A DNA stretch of 63,877 bases, counting the filler. It is 7 parts of 7 records of this genome, joined end to end, with 100 filler letters (N's around TTAATTAATTAA, not from the genome) between each part and the next. Parts side by side here need not be neighbours in the genome. Positions count along the whole stretch, not along the records: positions 24,881 to 45,603 come from SRR20825019_1212; positions 45,704 to 50,931 come from SRR20825019_1213; positions 51,032 to 58,032 come from SRR20825019_1216; 4 more parts are not named here. One strand, 5' to 3'. The translations under genes and the position numbers were made by a program. Under the pieces are notes generated by a model. That model worked only from the letters and a program-made list of their open reading frames with translations. It was not told the DNA's origin and made no database searches. Positions 43,921-55,140 of the stretch are shown piece after piece (within the stretch, counting starts at the first letter, position 1; each line of letters begins with the position of its first letter).

Positions 43921-44278
43921 ATGAAGTTGTCTTTTAGAGCAGTGGAGCCGTACGGCCGTCGTTATCAAGTAAAGGAGGGAGATGTGGAGGCATCGCCTGC
44001 AGAAGAACTACAGAAGGTCTGGCAGCGCATAGCGGACAAGTTTGATGGCGAGCCGACATTCTTTGACATCGTTGTTGCTGGTGTGAAGATTATGTATTCG
44101 GAGTGCGAAAAACCCGTTTCGGTATGTGTTTATGGTGTCCGTGTGTTATGGTGGTTCGTGGGCTCGTAGGCCGTGGTTGTTCTCACACTCCTTATGCCCA
44201 CAGGAGTTCCCTACAGTCACCAATGGCGCTGTCCTCGAGCTACACCAATCCCTTACGGGGCGCCGTCACGATCCTTGA
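43921..44278 (+). CDS. Small ubiquitin-like (beta-grasp) protein, 91 aa; exons 43921-44121, 44204-44278
   Basis: GT-AG splice yields KPVSEFPTVTNGAVLELHQ, paralleling ubiquitin RTLSDYNIQKESTLHLV. An alternative acceptor at 44169 is possible. Confidence 0.5.
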
Positions 44279-44579
44279 CTTGCCAACCGTTTTCCACGAG
44301 ACGGCACGTGTGTGTGTCATCACTGATCGCTTGCGGGAGGCTGTGTCACCGTGGAGAGGAAGGACTGCTCCGCCCTTTTCTTTCACGCCCGGCGCCGCGA
44401 AAGAGTCCCACATAAAGACAAACACCATACAAGGATATGACGAGGAGCTGGCGTTTAAGCATATAACTTATCCGTCACAATCACTGGAAAAAGGTCATGT
44501 CAAAGCCCACCGGCACTTCTCCTTAACGGTTGGCCATTTTCGCGCTCGCACTTCAGCAACTAATAAGCCTTGGTCAATG

Positions 44580-45602
44580 TTAACCTTGTTGATTGAAAGA
44601 GTTCACTAGGTCATTTCCAGGGGGGGCTAGAGGAGCAGATGCGCCCTGTGGTGATTGGTTCTGATGTTGAACAGGGCAGCCAGTGGTAGAGTTTAGGCTT
44701 TGGTTGCTGTGACTTTGATTATTTTGACCTTGGGCTTGTAACGCCTCTTTTTGGCCCGGGAATTCCAAGCGCCGGGCTTGGGCACCTTGCTGTGTATTCT
44801 GAGCGCCCGGTTGGTGGCGCCAGGCATCTCCAAACGCGTTTGATCCAGACTGGTTGTATCTATTAACATCGGACGCGAATGCATCACTGCCACTATTCAT
44901 GCCGTTGTTGTATCCGCCGTAGCCATTCTGGTTCATGCCATTGGGGCCCATTCCATTCGGACCCATTCCATTCGGGCCCATTCCATTCGGGCCCATGGGA
45001 CCGTGGTTCATCATCTGCTGTTGCTGCTCGAGCATGCTCTTGCTCTTTAGGAACATGTACAGAGGCCAGAAAAATCGCTTCAGGCCCAGAATCCTTCCAA
45101 TCATCACAAAGGGCTTCAGAAACCATGACACTATACGGTACTTCACTGCAGCCCGGCAAATAACAATCAACTCAGTCAACATCCACGTGGATCTCTCCGA
45201 AAGACCCAAGCAAGATCGAAAGAACATATGGAGTGCGTCCGCATTTGCTTCCAATAAATGAGAGAAGCGAGCCAGGGCTTCGATGAAGGCAGCAAGAGAG
45301 TTACCCGCTTGTAGTAAGGGAGAAGGACCAATCTCACCGTTAGGGCCCATTCCTCCCATCCCTCCCATGCCGCCGTACATGCCGCCGTACATGCCGCCGC
45401 CCATGCCACCGTACATGCCACCCATTCCGGACCCGTACATGCTCGAACCATACATCCCAGAGCCGTACCGTGACCCATACATGCCTCCACCATACATGCT
45501 CGAACCATAACCGGAACCGTACATTGAACCGTATCCTGAGCCGTACATACTCGAACCTAGTCCATAACCTGAACCGTAGCCAGACCCGTAGCCAGACCCG
45601 TA
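44580..45602 (-). CDS. PEX13: Peroxin PEX13-like protein, 5' truncated
   Basis: Long YG/YGS/MYGG-rich N-terminus followed by FIEALARFSHLLEANADALH and a hydrophobic segment; no SH3 domain. Confidence 0.75.
   Translation of the reverse strand, partial: YGSGYGSGYGSGYGLGSSMYGSGYGSMYGSGYGSSMYGGGMYGSRYGSGMYGSSMYGSGMGGMYGGMGGGMYGGMYGGMGGMGGMGPNGEIGPSPLLQAGNSLAAFIEALARFSHLLEANADALHMFFRSCLGLSERSTWMLTELIVICRAAVKYRIVSWFLKPFVMIGRILGLKRFFWPLYMFLKSKSMLEQQQQMMNHGPMGPNGMGPNGMGPNGMGPNGMNQNGYGGYNNGMNSGSDAFASDVNRYNQSGSNAFGDAWRHQPGAQNTQQGAQARRLEFPGQKEALQAQGQNNQSHSNQSLNSTTGCPVQHQNQSPQGASAPLAPPGNDLVNSFNQQG
44935..45000 (-). repeat. Coding 15-nt tandem repeat (GPNGM)n in PEX13
   Basis: CCCATTCCATTCGG repeated with 15-nt period. 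Confidence 0.8.
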
Positions 45603-45603
45603 G

Positions 45604-45703
45604 NNNNNNNNNNNNNNNNNNNNNNNNNNNNNNNNNNNNNNNNNNNNTTAATTAATTAANNNNNNNNNNNNNNNNNNNNNNNNNNNNNNNNNNNNNNNNN
45701 NNN
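45604..45703. other. Artificial contig spacer
   Basis: N run, TTAATTAATTAA, N run. Confidence 0.99.
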
Positions 45704-45753
45704 GGGGGGGGGGGGGGGGGGGGGGGGAGTTGATAGAGGGTAGCCTGAGATAC

Positions 45754-45828
45754 CTCGTCCACGGTGGGGCCTCCAAGAGCCGTCGCCGCCGCGCCCAACA
45801 CCACCATGCACGTAAGAAGACGCCGCAT
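45754..45828 (-). CDS. Probable first exon (signal peptide) of a secreted protein; intron with poly-C runs off the contig
   Basis: MRRLLTCMVVLGAAATALGGPTVDE then GTATCT donor; G24 tract at 45704-45727. Confidence 0.45.
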
Positions 45829-46842
45829 GTCACCCCTGTCCTGGGCTGTGTGAACGCGCACTCTAGCCATATTCAGTTTGTGACAACGAACAGGCTGTTC
45901 GGATTTCAAATTTAGGGTAATGGCTTCTATATACATCTTTGTGGGTCACTTAGCGCCAAGCTTGCCTCGCGAAGAGGACCGGTTGAGTTCGCTGGGGCCG
46001 CCCGCCGGCAGAGTCAGTGATGTGGTTCGGTGAAGTTCACTCAGGTGCCGCCACCCCACACGGCTTGGCGGTTCCTCGAAACTCGGCTGCCCCGGTGCCC
46101 ACTGCCTGGCCCGTACCGCCGTTAGGACTCAGGCAGCCGTGCCATGGTGGAGCGGACTGGGTTCGCTTTGCCGGGGGTTAGTGGGCCACGCGGTTGACTG
46201 CTGCGGTTCACCAGACTGGCCCCTTTTGGCCGAGGGGGCTTAGGTCTGACTGGCGGGGGCGAGCCGGAGGGTGCTCGGTGGAGTCTGAAGAACGGGTGTT
46301 ACTACAAAGCGCCAAGAACGCCTTCGGAACAATTCATTTGACGGGAGTTGGTGCGCGGTCAAATCAAATGCAAGCCGGCACCCAGACACAGCCAGCAGCA
46401 GCACCCCCAGACTCAGGTAGCTGACGCCCTGGAACTCGGAAGTTCCGGCATGACCGGGCAGTGCCGTTTGAAGATCACTTTACTCAATTTTAAGACAATG
46501 ATTGACATTGACATTATCAATCCGTCATGATCGGATCAGACTGACGTTCGTTGCCTTCATACCACGCCCTGTTGACTCGAGAACGGTGAACTTGAGAGAC
46601 TGGCAAGCCTTGTTCAGTCTTGTTGGGGTCTTGTTCACCAAATGCCTACCACGTTGGGGGCGGATATGTCGCCCACATACAGCTAGGTCGACTACCCGCC
46701 GACCCCCGCCGACCGACTCTATATACGATATCCGGTGCCCGGCTGCTGTGTCTCGACGGCGGCACGTTTCGAGTCGGTATATACTCGCTCAGGGCGATCG
46801 ACTGATCAGGAATGATATATGTATGGCTTCGAGCATTCTCCA

Positions 46843-47040
46843 GGAATGAGTATTCAGCCAGTCATATTGATGATGTATGTTTGAGTGACTCTTGTCCGGC
46901 CGGGCTGACAGGGCACGGCGCAGTGGGGCCCGCAGATGTTTGTTGCGGATCGAGCATTGCTGAGAGCCATGCGCCGTGCCCCCGGACAAGAGTCACTCAG
47001 GAACGTACAACATCAATATGACTGGCTGAATACTCATTCC
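46843..47040. repeat. 198-nt foldback element
   Basis: Perfect 30-bp outer arms (46843-46872 / 47011-47040), plus internal 18-bp and 12-bp complementary blocks. Confidence 0.9.
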
Positions 47041-47513
47041 GGGTTAGGTTCGGCACGTGAGTGATGAACTTGTGGACAATGGTGGTGAAAGGGGCTCTGA
47101 ATACTTGGTGGTACACTTAATCATCTGGTCATCACCACAAATTAACGAGCCACACTATCATAAATTCATTCAGTCGTTTATAGTGTACCTTGGGTCTGAC
47201 GAGCCTAAAATAATAGGACCACCCCACGTTCTATTCCACTAGTACATGACAAATTGGAACTTGTATCAGATCATATATAGATGTATATGTGAATACACTT
47301 TAACGGAATGCCAGAATATTCTGACTTACCCAAATCCGGCCAAGATTGAAAAACATATTCATGAACCTATTCACAGAGACCGTTTAATTTCTATTAATTG
47401 AATTTATAATTTAAAGACTTATCTCCGACACAAGGTGCTGGTTTCAGACTTCATAATTGCTCCGGTGCTTTTCTCACCAAGGTACCACAAGTGTTGTCGT
47501 GCATACGACCACA

Positions 47514-49642
47514 TCACCACTCGTACGCGTCTTCCTGAAGCGCCCGAGAGCGCTCCGAGTAGAACTGTCCGTACCATCGAATGAAGGCTGGGAATGGGCC
47601 ATCGCCCGGCACCCACGTGGGTGTTTTGCGAAAGATTTTGTTTTCCCACACCTACGCATTCACACATCAGCACTACGCCCCCACCCGCCCACTATCATCA
47701 GCAGAACATGCACAATGCCGCACCTGTCGATCCTGCTCCAGAGCATTGGCCCCAATGTAGCCTATGAGATTTACCACCCATCGGGGCACCTTCGCTTCGG
47801 CATACCACCTGCTCTCCACTGCAAGCCCGGTCAGAAGTTGATGTCAGTACACGGCGCCCCGCGGACCCATAAACCCACCGTATTGCTTGAAAGGCTCCAC
47901 ACTGAGCAGGGTCATGACCTGTCGGATGCGGCCGGCAGGTGTGTCGATGATGAAGTGGACGATTGCAGGTCCTTCAAAGATGACCGTCGTATCCACAGCC
48001 TGGGAGCTGGCCTCTGCATATGGTGATCAGTTAGCCACGCACCATTGCACGTCGTACTTCAGAGGGGGATACAGATCGGAATAGAGGGACGCCATATGTG
48101 TAAGTGCATATGTACATATAATATGGATATATAGCTCGACGCCTTAACCGGCCAGCCGATCGATATATGGCGAAAGTATTGACAGGTTCGATCAGTGATA
48201 GATATTCAGATAGCCTTACCAGTGGTTGGGACGGGCCACTTGGTGTTTCCAAAGAAATAGAATCCCTGCGTCTTCTCCTTGAACAAGGTAAGCTCCTTCC
48301 TGTCAACCACCTGGCCACGTATAATGCCCTTGCAGTAGTTCACACCAATCCTGGTCGAGGATTTAGCAGTGTAAATGATGCTTGTTTCACCATGCATCAC
48401 AACTACAACTGGGTCCTAATGATACTGCCATGATGCCTCACCTGTGTATTCCGTGAATAAACCTGTTTAGGAAAGGGATTGGAAGTGGCGAGTGGAGCGT
48501 GTCGAAGTGGACCTGCCATCACTGTGTCTTAGTCACAGGCGGGTCATAGGCATTATAATATTGATATCCCACTCAACAATATAACAATAGTCCTTAGAAT
48601 TCCCAATTGTACAAACAGGCCCCCACCGCCCACGGTAGCCCGGCCTGCCAGCCTCCGCCACCTGGACGTTCATCGTACCTGGTCTGCGCTGTTCATGGCC
48701 ATCTCACATGAGTGCATCTCGAACTCCATTGTGCGCATCTTGGCAAAGTACCAGCTGCCATCCTTAAGATTCTCATCCAGATCTGCTCCGACCTGGTGGA
48801 CACAAGTCAACATTATTGCCCCGCCGGATTGCCCATCGCAATGGTGAGCCTTGCCCTGCTGGCCAGGGGCTGGCCACACCCCACCCCACTTCGCCAATGC
48901 ACACGTCGAAATGTCCACATCACTATACCTCGGGTTCGTAGGCGGGCCGATCCGCGCAGTCCTCCTCGGCATGCAGCCACACCAATATCAGGCCCCACAT
49001 CTCCCGCACGGGGTATGCCTTGGTGCGTGTCCGGGGAGGGGGGTTGCACGGGTCACCCTTCATGTACGGAATGCGGCGGCAGGCGCCTGTCGCATCGAAT
49101 GCCCAGCTGTGGAAAGGGCAGACGAGAAGGTTCCCGTCCACGCGGCCGCCCTCCCCGAGATGGGCTCCCAAGTGGGGACAGAAGGCATTCAGCACCCCCG
49201 CCTTCCCGTCCTCCCCCCGGAACGCTACCAGGTTGCGACCCAGTGCGGATATGGACTTGACTTGGTTATCCGCGATATCCTGGGCGTTGCAGACTGCGTG
49301 CCAACCGTTGGAATATGCCGGGAAGAACGACTTGGCTCGCAGGCGACGAAGCGTTTTCGATTTGGAGTGATGATAGTCCTTGGACTTGTGGTACCGCGGG
49401 CGAATTGCCAGCTGGAGCCCACAATAGAGAACAACGACTGTCACCACCAGTGCCTGTATGGCCGCGCCGGTCCTGGTGTGTAATACGGCGTCGCTCAGTG
49501 CGCTTAGGGCAACGTCCACACTGCCCCAGTCCCAGGCACCACCGTGCTGCCCATACATCTTGTTCGCGTAAGTTACCGCAGCCGCTCCTGCCGCGGCCCC
49601 TAAGGTTACCACCACTGTGCCGAGTGTGCGGCGATGAGGCAT
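47514..49642 (-). CDS. nvd: Neverland/DAF-36-like Rieske cholesterol 7-desaturase, 465 aa; exons 49642-48929, 48792-48679, 48512-48442, 48350-48220, 48013-47879, 47818-47724, 47651-47514
   Basis: N-terminal TM, Rieske CPHLG..CPFH, spliced non-heme Fe motif EMAMNSADQVHFDTLH, C-terminal DRQVWENK and RWYGQFYS. All six GT-AG introns are phase-compatible. Confidence 0.88.
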
Positions 49643-50931
49643 ATGTGGTTAAGGCTGCTCAAGGCCAGACTGACAGGGCCTCCGTATGTGTTGGCGTGGG
49701 GGTATTTGCATGCGTCTGTTCATTCAGGGTTCAGATGCCGAGACGTGTTGCTGGCCGGTCACTGACGGATTCACTCACCGGCAACTGGCAACGCCGGCCG
49801 GCCCACCGGACTACGACCACCCGGCCGGGCACTGCCCGTGCCTCGGATCGAGCCGCTGACCGGGCGCTCCCCCCCCCCCGCCCCCCCGGGGGGCCCTGCG
49901 GCAGGGCAGCCTGGGCTCACGGGACGAGTGACACTGAGCCCCCCGTGGCCTCACTAAGTAGCAGGCTCCGCCTTCGAAGGGGGTCCGGTCGCAACCGTCA
50001 CACCAAGTGTGGCCGTGAGGCACTACCCGCCAACAATGGCGCTCCCCAAACGGGGATGAACCGCTCCGATCCGGCTGGCGCTCAGTTCGGCATGCCACCC
50101 TGTCACATCATTTCACTTATACCCCCCACAAGGGGTGTAATCTTGAAGCCATCGGGAATGATAATATCGGCCGGGTTGTGGCGGGATCCCACGGGTGGCA
50201 TCCCGGGCCACCCGGGTTGTGGCGTGCTTGGTGGGGTGCGCTACAGTCCGGCCTGAGGCGGCACGCAAAAGCCTCCGTGGCCGCGGCCCCGACTCCCCAC
50301 GTCAATGGTTGCAGCCCTTCTCAGTGCAGGGAGACGTCCCGGCCTGGCCCCGGTCCGGGCTCGGCCCATGCCCAGACCTCAGGACGCCTCACGGTAGGTT
50401 ATGGTGAGTAGCGGACCTGAGCCAGTGAAGCGCCATCACCGCTGGGTGACTCGGGTAAGGACGTCCGTACCCGGCCCGTCGACCGGGCCCTCGAGGTCCG
50501 CTTGGAACCACTCTGATGCCTCTTCATCATCACTCCCTCCGCATATGCGCTCGTCGGTGTAGTCAGCAGCCCCTTCAACAGCCTTCCCTGCTCCGTCCTT
50601 GCCCCGTCCTCTCTTCCTCAAGTATAGATATTATAGACTCACTGTGCACACCATTGTGTCATATTCAGCATGGTGCGTGAGGTTGAGGATGTCCCCAGCC
50701 TCTATGAGCAGTACTTGCCGTTGAACACAGAGACAAAAACAAGGTGGGTTTGGTATGAACTCTATTCGAACGATAGGACTGACGTGTTCTCTCAGATCAA
50801 ACAAGTGCTTAAGGGGCCGCGCTGTCCTTGCCGTGACAGCTGTCCTTGGTGTAAGTGCCATCGTCGCAGTGGTGCTATACTCCGTCCATCCAGCCGCCAC
50901 CCCCGGCGCCGCTGCAACAAGCCTCTCGTCT

Positions 50932-51031
50932 NNNNNNNNNNNNNNNNNNNNNNNNNNNNNNNNNNNNNNNNNNNNTTAATTAATTAANNNNNNNNNNNNN
51001 NNNNNNNNNNNNNNNNNNNNNNNNNNNNNNN
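50932..51031. other. Artificial contig spacer
   Basis: N run, TTAATTAATTAA, N run. Confidence 0.99.
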
Positions 51032-51032
51032 A

Positions 51033-51061
51033 TATCCCGGGGGTCCGGGGGCTGGCCCCCG
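51033..51061. repeat. Short intergenic repeat, copy 1
   Basis: TATCCCGGGGGTCCGGGGGCTGGCCCCCG; near-identical copy at 53495. Confidence 0.75.
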
Positions 51062-51075
51062 AACCACCCTTCAGC

Positions 51076-53436
51076 TTATTGCATCGCCGCCCACACGCGC
51101 GACGGTGACAGCGGCATATCGACGTGCGTGACATCCTTACCCGCCGAGCGCAGCGCATCGACCACGGCACCGACCACCGCAGGCGGCGAGCCGATGGCCC
51201 CGGCCTCGCCACAGCCTTTCACGCCCAAGGGGTTGTGCGTGCACGGCGTCTGGCAGGAATGGTCAACCGAGAAGAACGGCATGTCATAGGCACGTGGCAT
51301 CGCGTAATCCATATAGGACGCGCTCAGCAACTGACCGTTCTCGTCATAGGCACAGTTTTCCAGCAAGGCTTGCCCGATCCCTTGGGCAATGCCGCCATGC
51401 ACCTGCCCCGACACGATCATCGGGTTGATAATGTTGCCAAAGTCATCCGCAGCCGAGAACCGCTCGATGGTCACCTGACCCGTGTCACGGTCAACTTCGA
51501 CCTCGCAGGCATAGGCGCCCGAGGGATAGGTGAAGTTGGACGGATCGTAAAACGCCGTCTCTTCCAGCCCCGGTTCGATGTCCTCCAGCGGATAGTTATG
51601 CGGCACATAGGCGGCCAGCGTCACATCCCCCCAGGCTACCGATTTGTCGGTACCGGCCACGCTGAACGCGCCGTCCTTCAACTCGATGTCGCTTTCCGAG
51701 GCTTCCAGCAGGTGGCTCGCGATCTTCTTGGCCTTGGCGATGATCTTTTCGGTCGCCCGCACCATGGCCGAGCCGCCCACCGCAATGGACCGCGAGCCAT
51801 AGGTGCCCATGCCCATCGGCGTGTTGGCCGTGTCACCGTGCACGATTTCGATCATGCTCTCGTCAATGCCGATCATCTCGGCGATCACCTGCGGGAACGC
51901 GGTCTCGTGCCCCTGCCCGTGGCTGTGGCTGCCCGTCATCACGACCAGCCCGCCGGTCGCATTGACCCGCACCGTGGCACTTTCGTACAGACCGGCCCGC
52001 GCGCCCAACTGCCCCACAAGGTTGCTGGGCGCGATGCCGCAGGCCTCGATATAGCAGTTCACACCAAGGCCCCGCAGCTTGCCACGCGCTTCGCTCTCCT
52101 TGCGGCGTGCTTCAAAACCGGCGAGATCGGCAATCTCGGTCAGCTTGTCCATCGTCGCCACGTAATCGCCGGTGTCATATTCCACCGCCACAGGCGTGGC
52201 ATAGGGGAACTCGGTGATAAAGTTCTGGCGCCGCAGTTCGATCGCATCCACCCCCAGTTCAATCGCGGCCTTGTCGATGACCCGCTCCAGCTGGAACGTC
52301 GCCTCGGGCCGTCCGGCACCGCGATAGGCGTCAACGGGTACGGTGTTGGTGAACACCGCCTTGACGTTCACATAGATCAGCGGCGTCTTGTAGTTCCCCG
52401 CCATCAGCGTGCCGTGCAGCCATGTGGGCACCGACGGCGCAAAGGTGCTGAGGTACGCGCCCATGTTGGCATGTGTGTCCGTCCGCAGCGCGGTAAAGTT
52501 GTTGTCCGCATCCAGCGCCAGCTGGATCGTGGTCACGTGGTCCCGCCCGTGCGCGTCCGACATGAACGCTTCGGTCCGGCTGGAGGTCCACTTGACCGGA
52601 CGGTTACAGGCCTTGGCCGCGAAGGTCACAAAGGCTTCTTCCTGATAGTGGAAGATCTTGGTGCCAAAGCCGCCGCCCACGTCCGGGGCCACGACCCGCA
52701 ACTTGTGTTCGGGAATGCCCAGCACGAATGCGCCCATCAACAGGCGGATCACATGAGGGTTCTGGCTGGTGGTGTACAGCGTGTGATCGCCGGTGCCGCG
52801 GGCAAAGTCACCTACCGCCACGCGCGGCTCCATCGGGTTGGCCACCAGACGGTTGTTGCGCAGCTCCAGCGTGGTCACGTGAGCGGCTTTCTGGAATGCC
52901 TCTTCGACGGCGGCCTTGTTCTCCTCGACAAAGCCCCAGTCATAGCAAAGGTTGTTCTTCAGATCGTCATGCACCTTGGGTGCATCGGCCTTCAGCGCAT
53001 CCTTCATGTCGATCACCGCAGGCAGTTCGGTGATGTCCACATCAATGGCTTCGGCCGCATCACGCGCCTGCGCCAATGTCTCGGCCACGACGGCGGCGAT
53101 TGGTTCGCCCACGTGGCGGACCTTGCCGGTGGCCAGAATCGGGTGACCCGGTTCCTGCATGACTTCACCGTGTTTGTCGGTGACCTGCCAGCCGCAGGGC
53201 ATCCCGCCCACGCCCGCGAAATCCTCGGCGGTAAAGACCTTTACAACACCCGGCATCCCCTCAGCCGCCAAGGTGTCGATATTGTTGATCGTTCCGTGCG
53301 CGATATCCGAGCGCAGGAAAAACACATAGGCTTGTCCGCGCAGGTTGATATCGTCGGTGTAATTTCCCGCACCCGTCAGAAACCGGATGTCCTCACGCCG
53401 TTTCGAGCTGGCGCCGATGCCTCCGTCTTTTGGCAT
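51076..53436 (-). CDS. coxL: Molybdopterin hydroxylase large subunit, form II CoxL-like
   Basis: [40 protein letters not shown]. Confidence 0.9.
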   Translation of the reverse strand: MPKDGGIGASSKRREDIRFLTGAGNYTDDINLRGQAYVFFLRSDIAHGTINNIDTLAAEGMPGVVKVFTAEDFAGVGGMPCGWQVTDKHGEVMQEPGHPILATGKVRHVGEPIAAVVAETLAQARDAAEAIDVDITELPAVIDMKDALKADAPKVHDDLKNNLCYDWGFVEENKAAVEEAFQKAAHVTTLELRNNRLVANPMEPRVAVGDFARGTGDHTLYTTSQNPHVIRLLMGAFVLGIPEHKLRVVAPDVGGGFGTKIFHYQEEAFVTFAAKACNRPVKWTSSRTEAFMSDAHGRDHVTTIQLALDADNNFTALRTDTHANMGAYLSTFAPSVPTWLHGTLMAGNYKTPLIYVNVKAVFTNTVPVDAYRGAGRPEATFQLERVIDKAAIELGVDAIELRRQNFITEFPYATPVAVEYDTGDYVATMDKLTEIADLAGFEARRKESEARGKLRGLGVNCYIEACGIAPSNLVGQLGARAGLYESATVRVNATGGLVVMTGSHSHGQGHETAFPQVIAEMIGIDESMIEIVHGDTANTPMGMGTYGSRSIAVGGSAMVRATEKIIAKAKKIASHLLEASESDIELKDGAFSVAGTDKSVAWGDVTLAAYVPHNYPLEDIEPGLEETAFYDPSNFTYPSGAYACEVEVDRDTGQVTIERFSAADDFGNIINPMIVSGQVHGGIAQGIGQALLENCAYDENGQLLSASYMDYAMPRAYDMPFFSVDHSCQTPCTHNPLGVKGCGEAGAIGSPPAVVGAVVDALRSAGKDVTHVDMPLSPSRVWAAMQ

Positions 53437-53494
53437 ATTTAGTCCTCCCTAAATGCGACCCTCTCCCGCGCCCCCTGTTTCTTTTGGCTTTAAG

Positions 53495-53523
53495 TATCCC
53501 GGGGGTTTGGGGGCTGGCCCCCA
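53495..53523. repeat. Short intergenic repeat, copy 2
   Basis: TATCCCGGGGGTTTGGGGGCTGGCCCCCA between coxS and coxL. Confidence 0.75.
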
Positions 53524-53535
53524 ATTGATTTCAGA

Positions 53536-54021
53536 TTATTCCGCGGCGATGGCGCTGACATCCTGACCGGATGCCGCGAGGATCGCTTTGACGATGTTGT
53601 GGTATCCCGTACAGCGACAGATGTTCCCCTCCAGATAGTCGCGCACTTCGGTCTCGGTGGGCTTGGGGTTGTCTTTCAACAACGCCGCCGCACTCATCAC
53701 CATGCCGGGGGTGCAGAAACCGCACTGCAGGCCGTGGTGGTCCTGAAACGCCTGCTGGATCACATTCAGCGATCCATCCGCATTGGCCTGACCTTCGATG
53801 GTGCTGACCTCGGCGCCGTCGGCTTCCAGCGCCAGCATGGTGCAGGCTTTCACCGCCTTGCCATCCACATGCACGACACAGGCGCCGCACTGGCTGGTAT
53901 CGCAACCGACGTGGGTGCCGGTCAGCCCCTGTGAGTCACGCAAAAATTGTGCCAGCAGTGTCCGGCCTTCGACATCGCCAGACGCCGCCTTGCCGTTCAC
54001 AGTCATTTTGACCTGTGTCAT
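53536..54021 (-). CDS. coxS: 2x[2Fe-2S] small subunit
   Basis: [27 protein letters not shown]. Confidence 0.95.
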   Translation of the reverse strand: MTQVKMTVNGKAASGDVEGRTLLAQFLRDSQGLTGTHVGCDTSQCGACVVHVDGKAVKACTMLALEADGAEVSTIEGQANADGSLNVIQQAFQDHHGLQCGFCTPGMVMSAAALLKDNPKPTETEVRDYLEGNICRCTGYHNIVKAILAASGQDVSAIAAE

Positions 54022-54126
54022 GATGATCTCCCTGATTTCGTCTCCATTGTCCGAAGTTAAGCACGCAACCTGCGGTTTGAAAACTGCTATCTTCGGAAGG
54101 CTCGCGACAAAACAGCGTGAACGGTC

Positions 54127-55140
54127 TCAGGGCTTTGATGCGCTGCGGGGGCGCGGGCGCGTGGGAATTTCCTTGAGCAAACCGCCCACGCCCATTGCAG
54201 AAATGTCACCCTGATCCAGGGTCAGCCCGCACACAAGCCGTTCCAGCACCCAGTCGGCCCCGTTCAACGCAGGCGACCGCGCGCAGCCCGGCAGGCCGAT
54301 CACGGGTTTGTCATTGATGGACCCGAAAAACAAAAGGTTTCCCGGATCAACCGGCATGCCAAAGGCTGCCACCTGCCCCCCCGCCACGCGCAACGCCTGC
54401 GGAGCGACATCGCAGGGATCCGAGGTGGCCGAGGCCGTCAGCACCAGCACCACCTCTCCGGCCGCCTGCGCAATCGCCTGCGCCAGCGCTTCGGTCGTAT
54501 GGTCACAGATCACGCGGTCGGTCAGGGCCATATCCAGACGCTCCAGACGTCCGGCCATAGCCTCTCGCCCCTTGGTCGAGGGCGCGGCGCCGCCCACCTG
54601 GCTTTCGATCAAAGTCGCCGTGGCAAAACCGGGCCGCGCGATGTGAAGCGCGGCGCGGCCGGCTGCTGCGGCCTGCGCCAGCGCCGCGCGTGGCACGCCA
54701 TAGGCGATGATCTTGATCGTCGCCACCATGCCACCATCGTCACAACGGTGATATTGCGGCACGGTGGCCAAGGTGATCATCGGATGCACCGCGTTCAGCG
54801 CATTGATCGCAGCCACATCCATCACCGCCACGCCGGGCGTTGTGGCATAAAGGTTCACCCGCCCCGCACCGGCCCCCGATATCCGCAGGCCCTGCGTCTC
54901 GGCATCGGGCACCAGCGCCTGCGCCAGTTCCAGCGCGGCGGCGTTTTCCTCGATGTCGTCATCGCCCAGCCGTGCGACCACCACGTGATCGCGCCCAGCG
55001 TCCGCCAATGCGCGCAGGTGTTCGGCAGTCAGCTCCGTGCCCTTGGCAATCCGGTACGGTTGGCCGTCTTTGACGGCAGGCATCGAATGGGCCAGGATCG
55101 CCCCCTCGGCCTGATCGAGCGGCACATCGCCAAAGATCAT
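54127..55140 (-). CDS. Molybdopterin-binding (MoeA/MogA-like) protein
   Basis: [35 protein letters not shown]. Confidence 0.85.
   Translation of the reverse strand: MIFGDVPLDQAEGAILAHSMPAVKDGQPYRIAKGTELTAEHLRALADAGRDHVVVARLGDDDIEENAAALELAQALVPDAETQGLRISGAGAGRVNLYATTPGVAVMDVAAINALNAVHPMITLATVPQYHRCDDGGMVATIKIIAYGVPRAALAQAAAAGRAALHIARPGFATATLIESQVGGAAPSTKGREAMAGRLERLDMALTDRVICDHTTEALAQAIAQAAGEVVLVLTASATSDPCDVAPQALRVAGGQVAAFGMPVDPGNLLFFGSINDKPVIGLPGCARSPALNGADWVLERLVCGLTLDQGDISAMGVGGLLKEIPTRPRPRSASKP

Noticed and set aside
45350-45603. Short tandem repeats as a possible CRISPR array or satellite
   Set aside because: They encode the YG/MYGG repeats of PEX13; no spacers and no cas genes anywhere in the window.
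45704-45727. G24 tract as a G-quadruplex or poly-Pro coding region
   Set aside because: At the contig edge, length unreliable, and probably intronic.
48923-49642. Apparently truncated or frameshifted Rieske pseudogene
   Set aside because: Fully explained by six canonical introns giving an intact protein.
50436-50931. Possible 3' exons of a gene on the minus strand
   Set aside because: Plausible, but no recognisable motif and the splice structure is ambiguous.
51124-53442. 772-aa ORF antisense to coxL
   Set aside because: Mirror frame of a codon-biased gene; no independent evidence.
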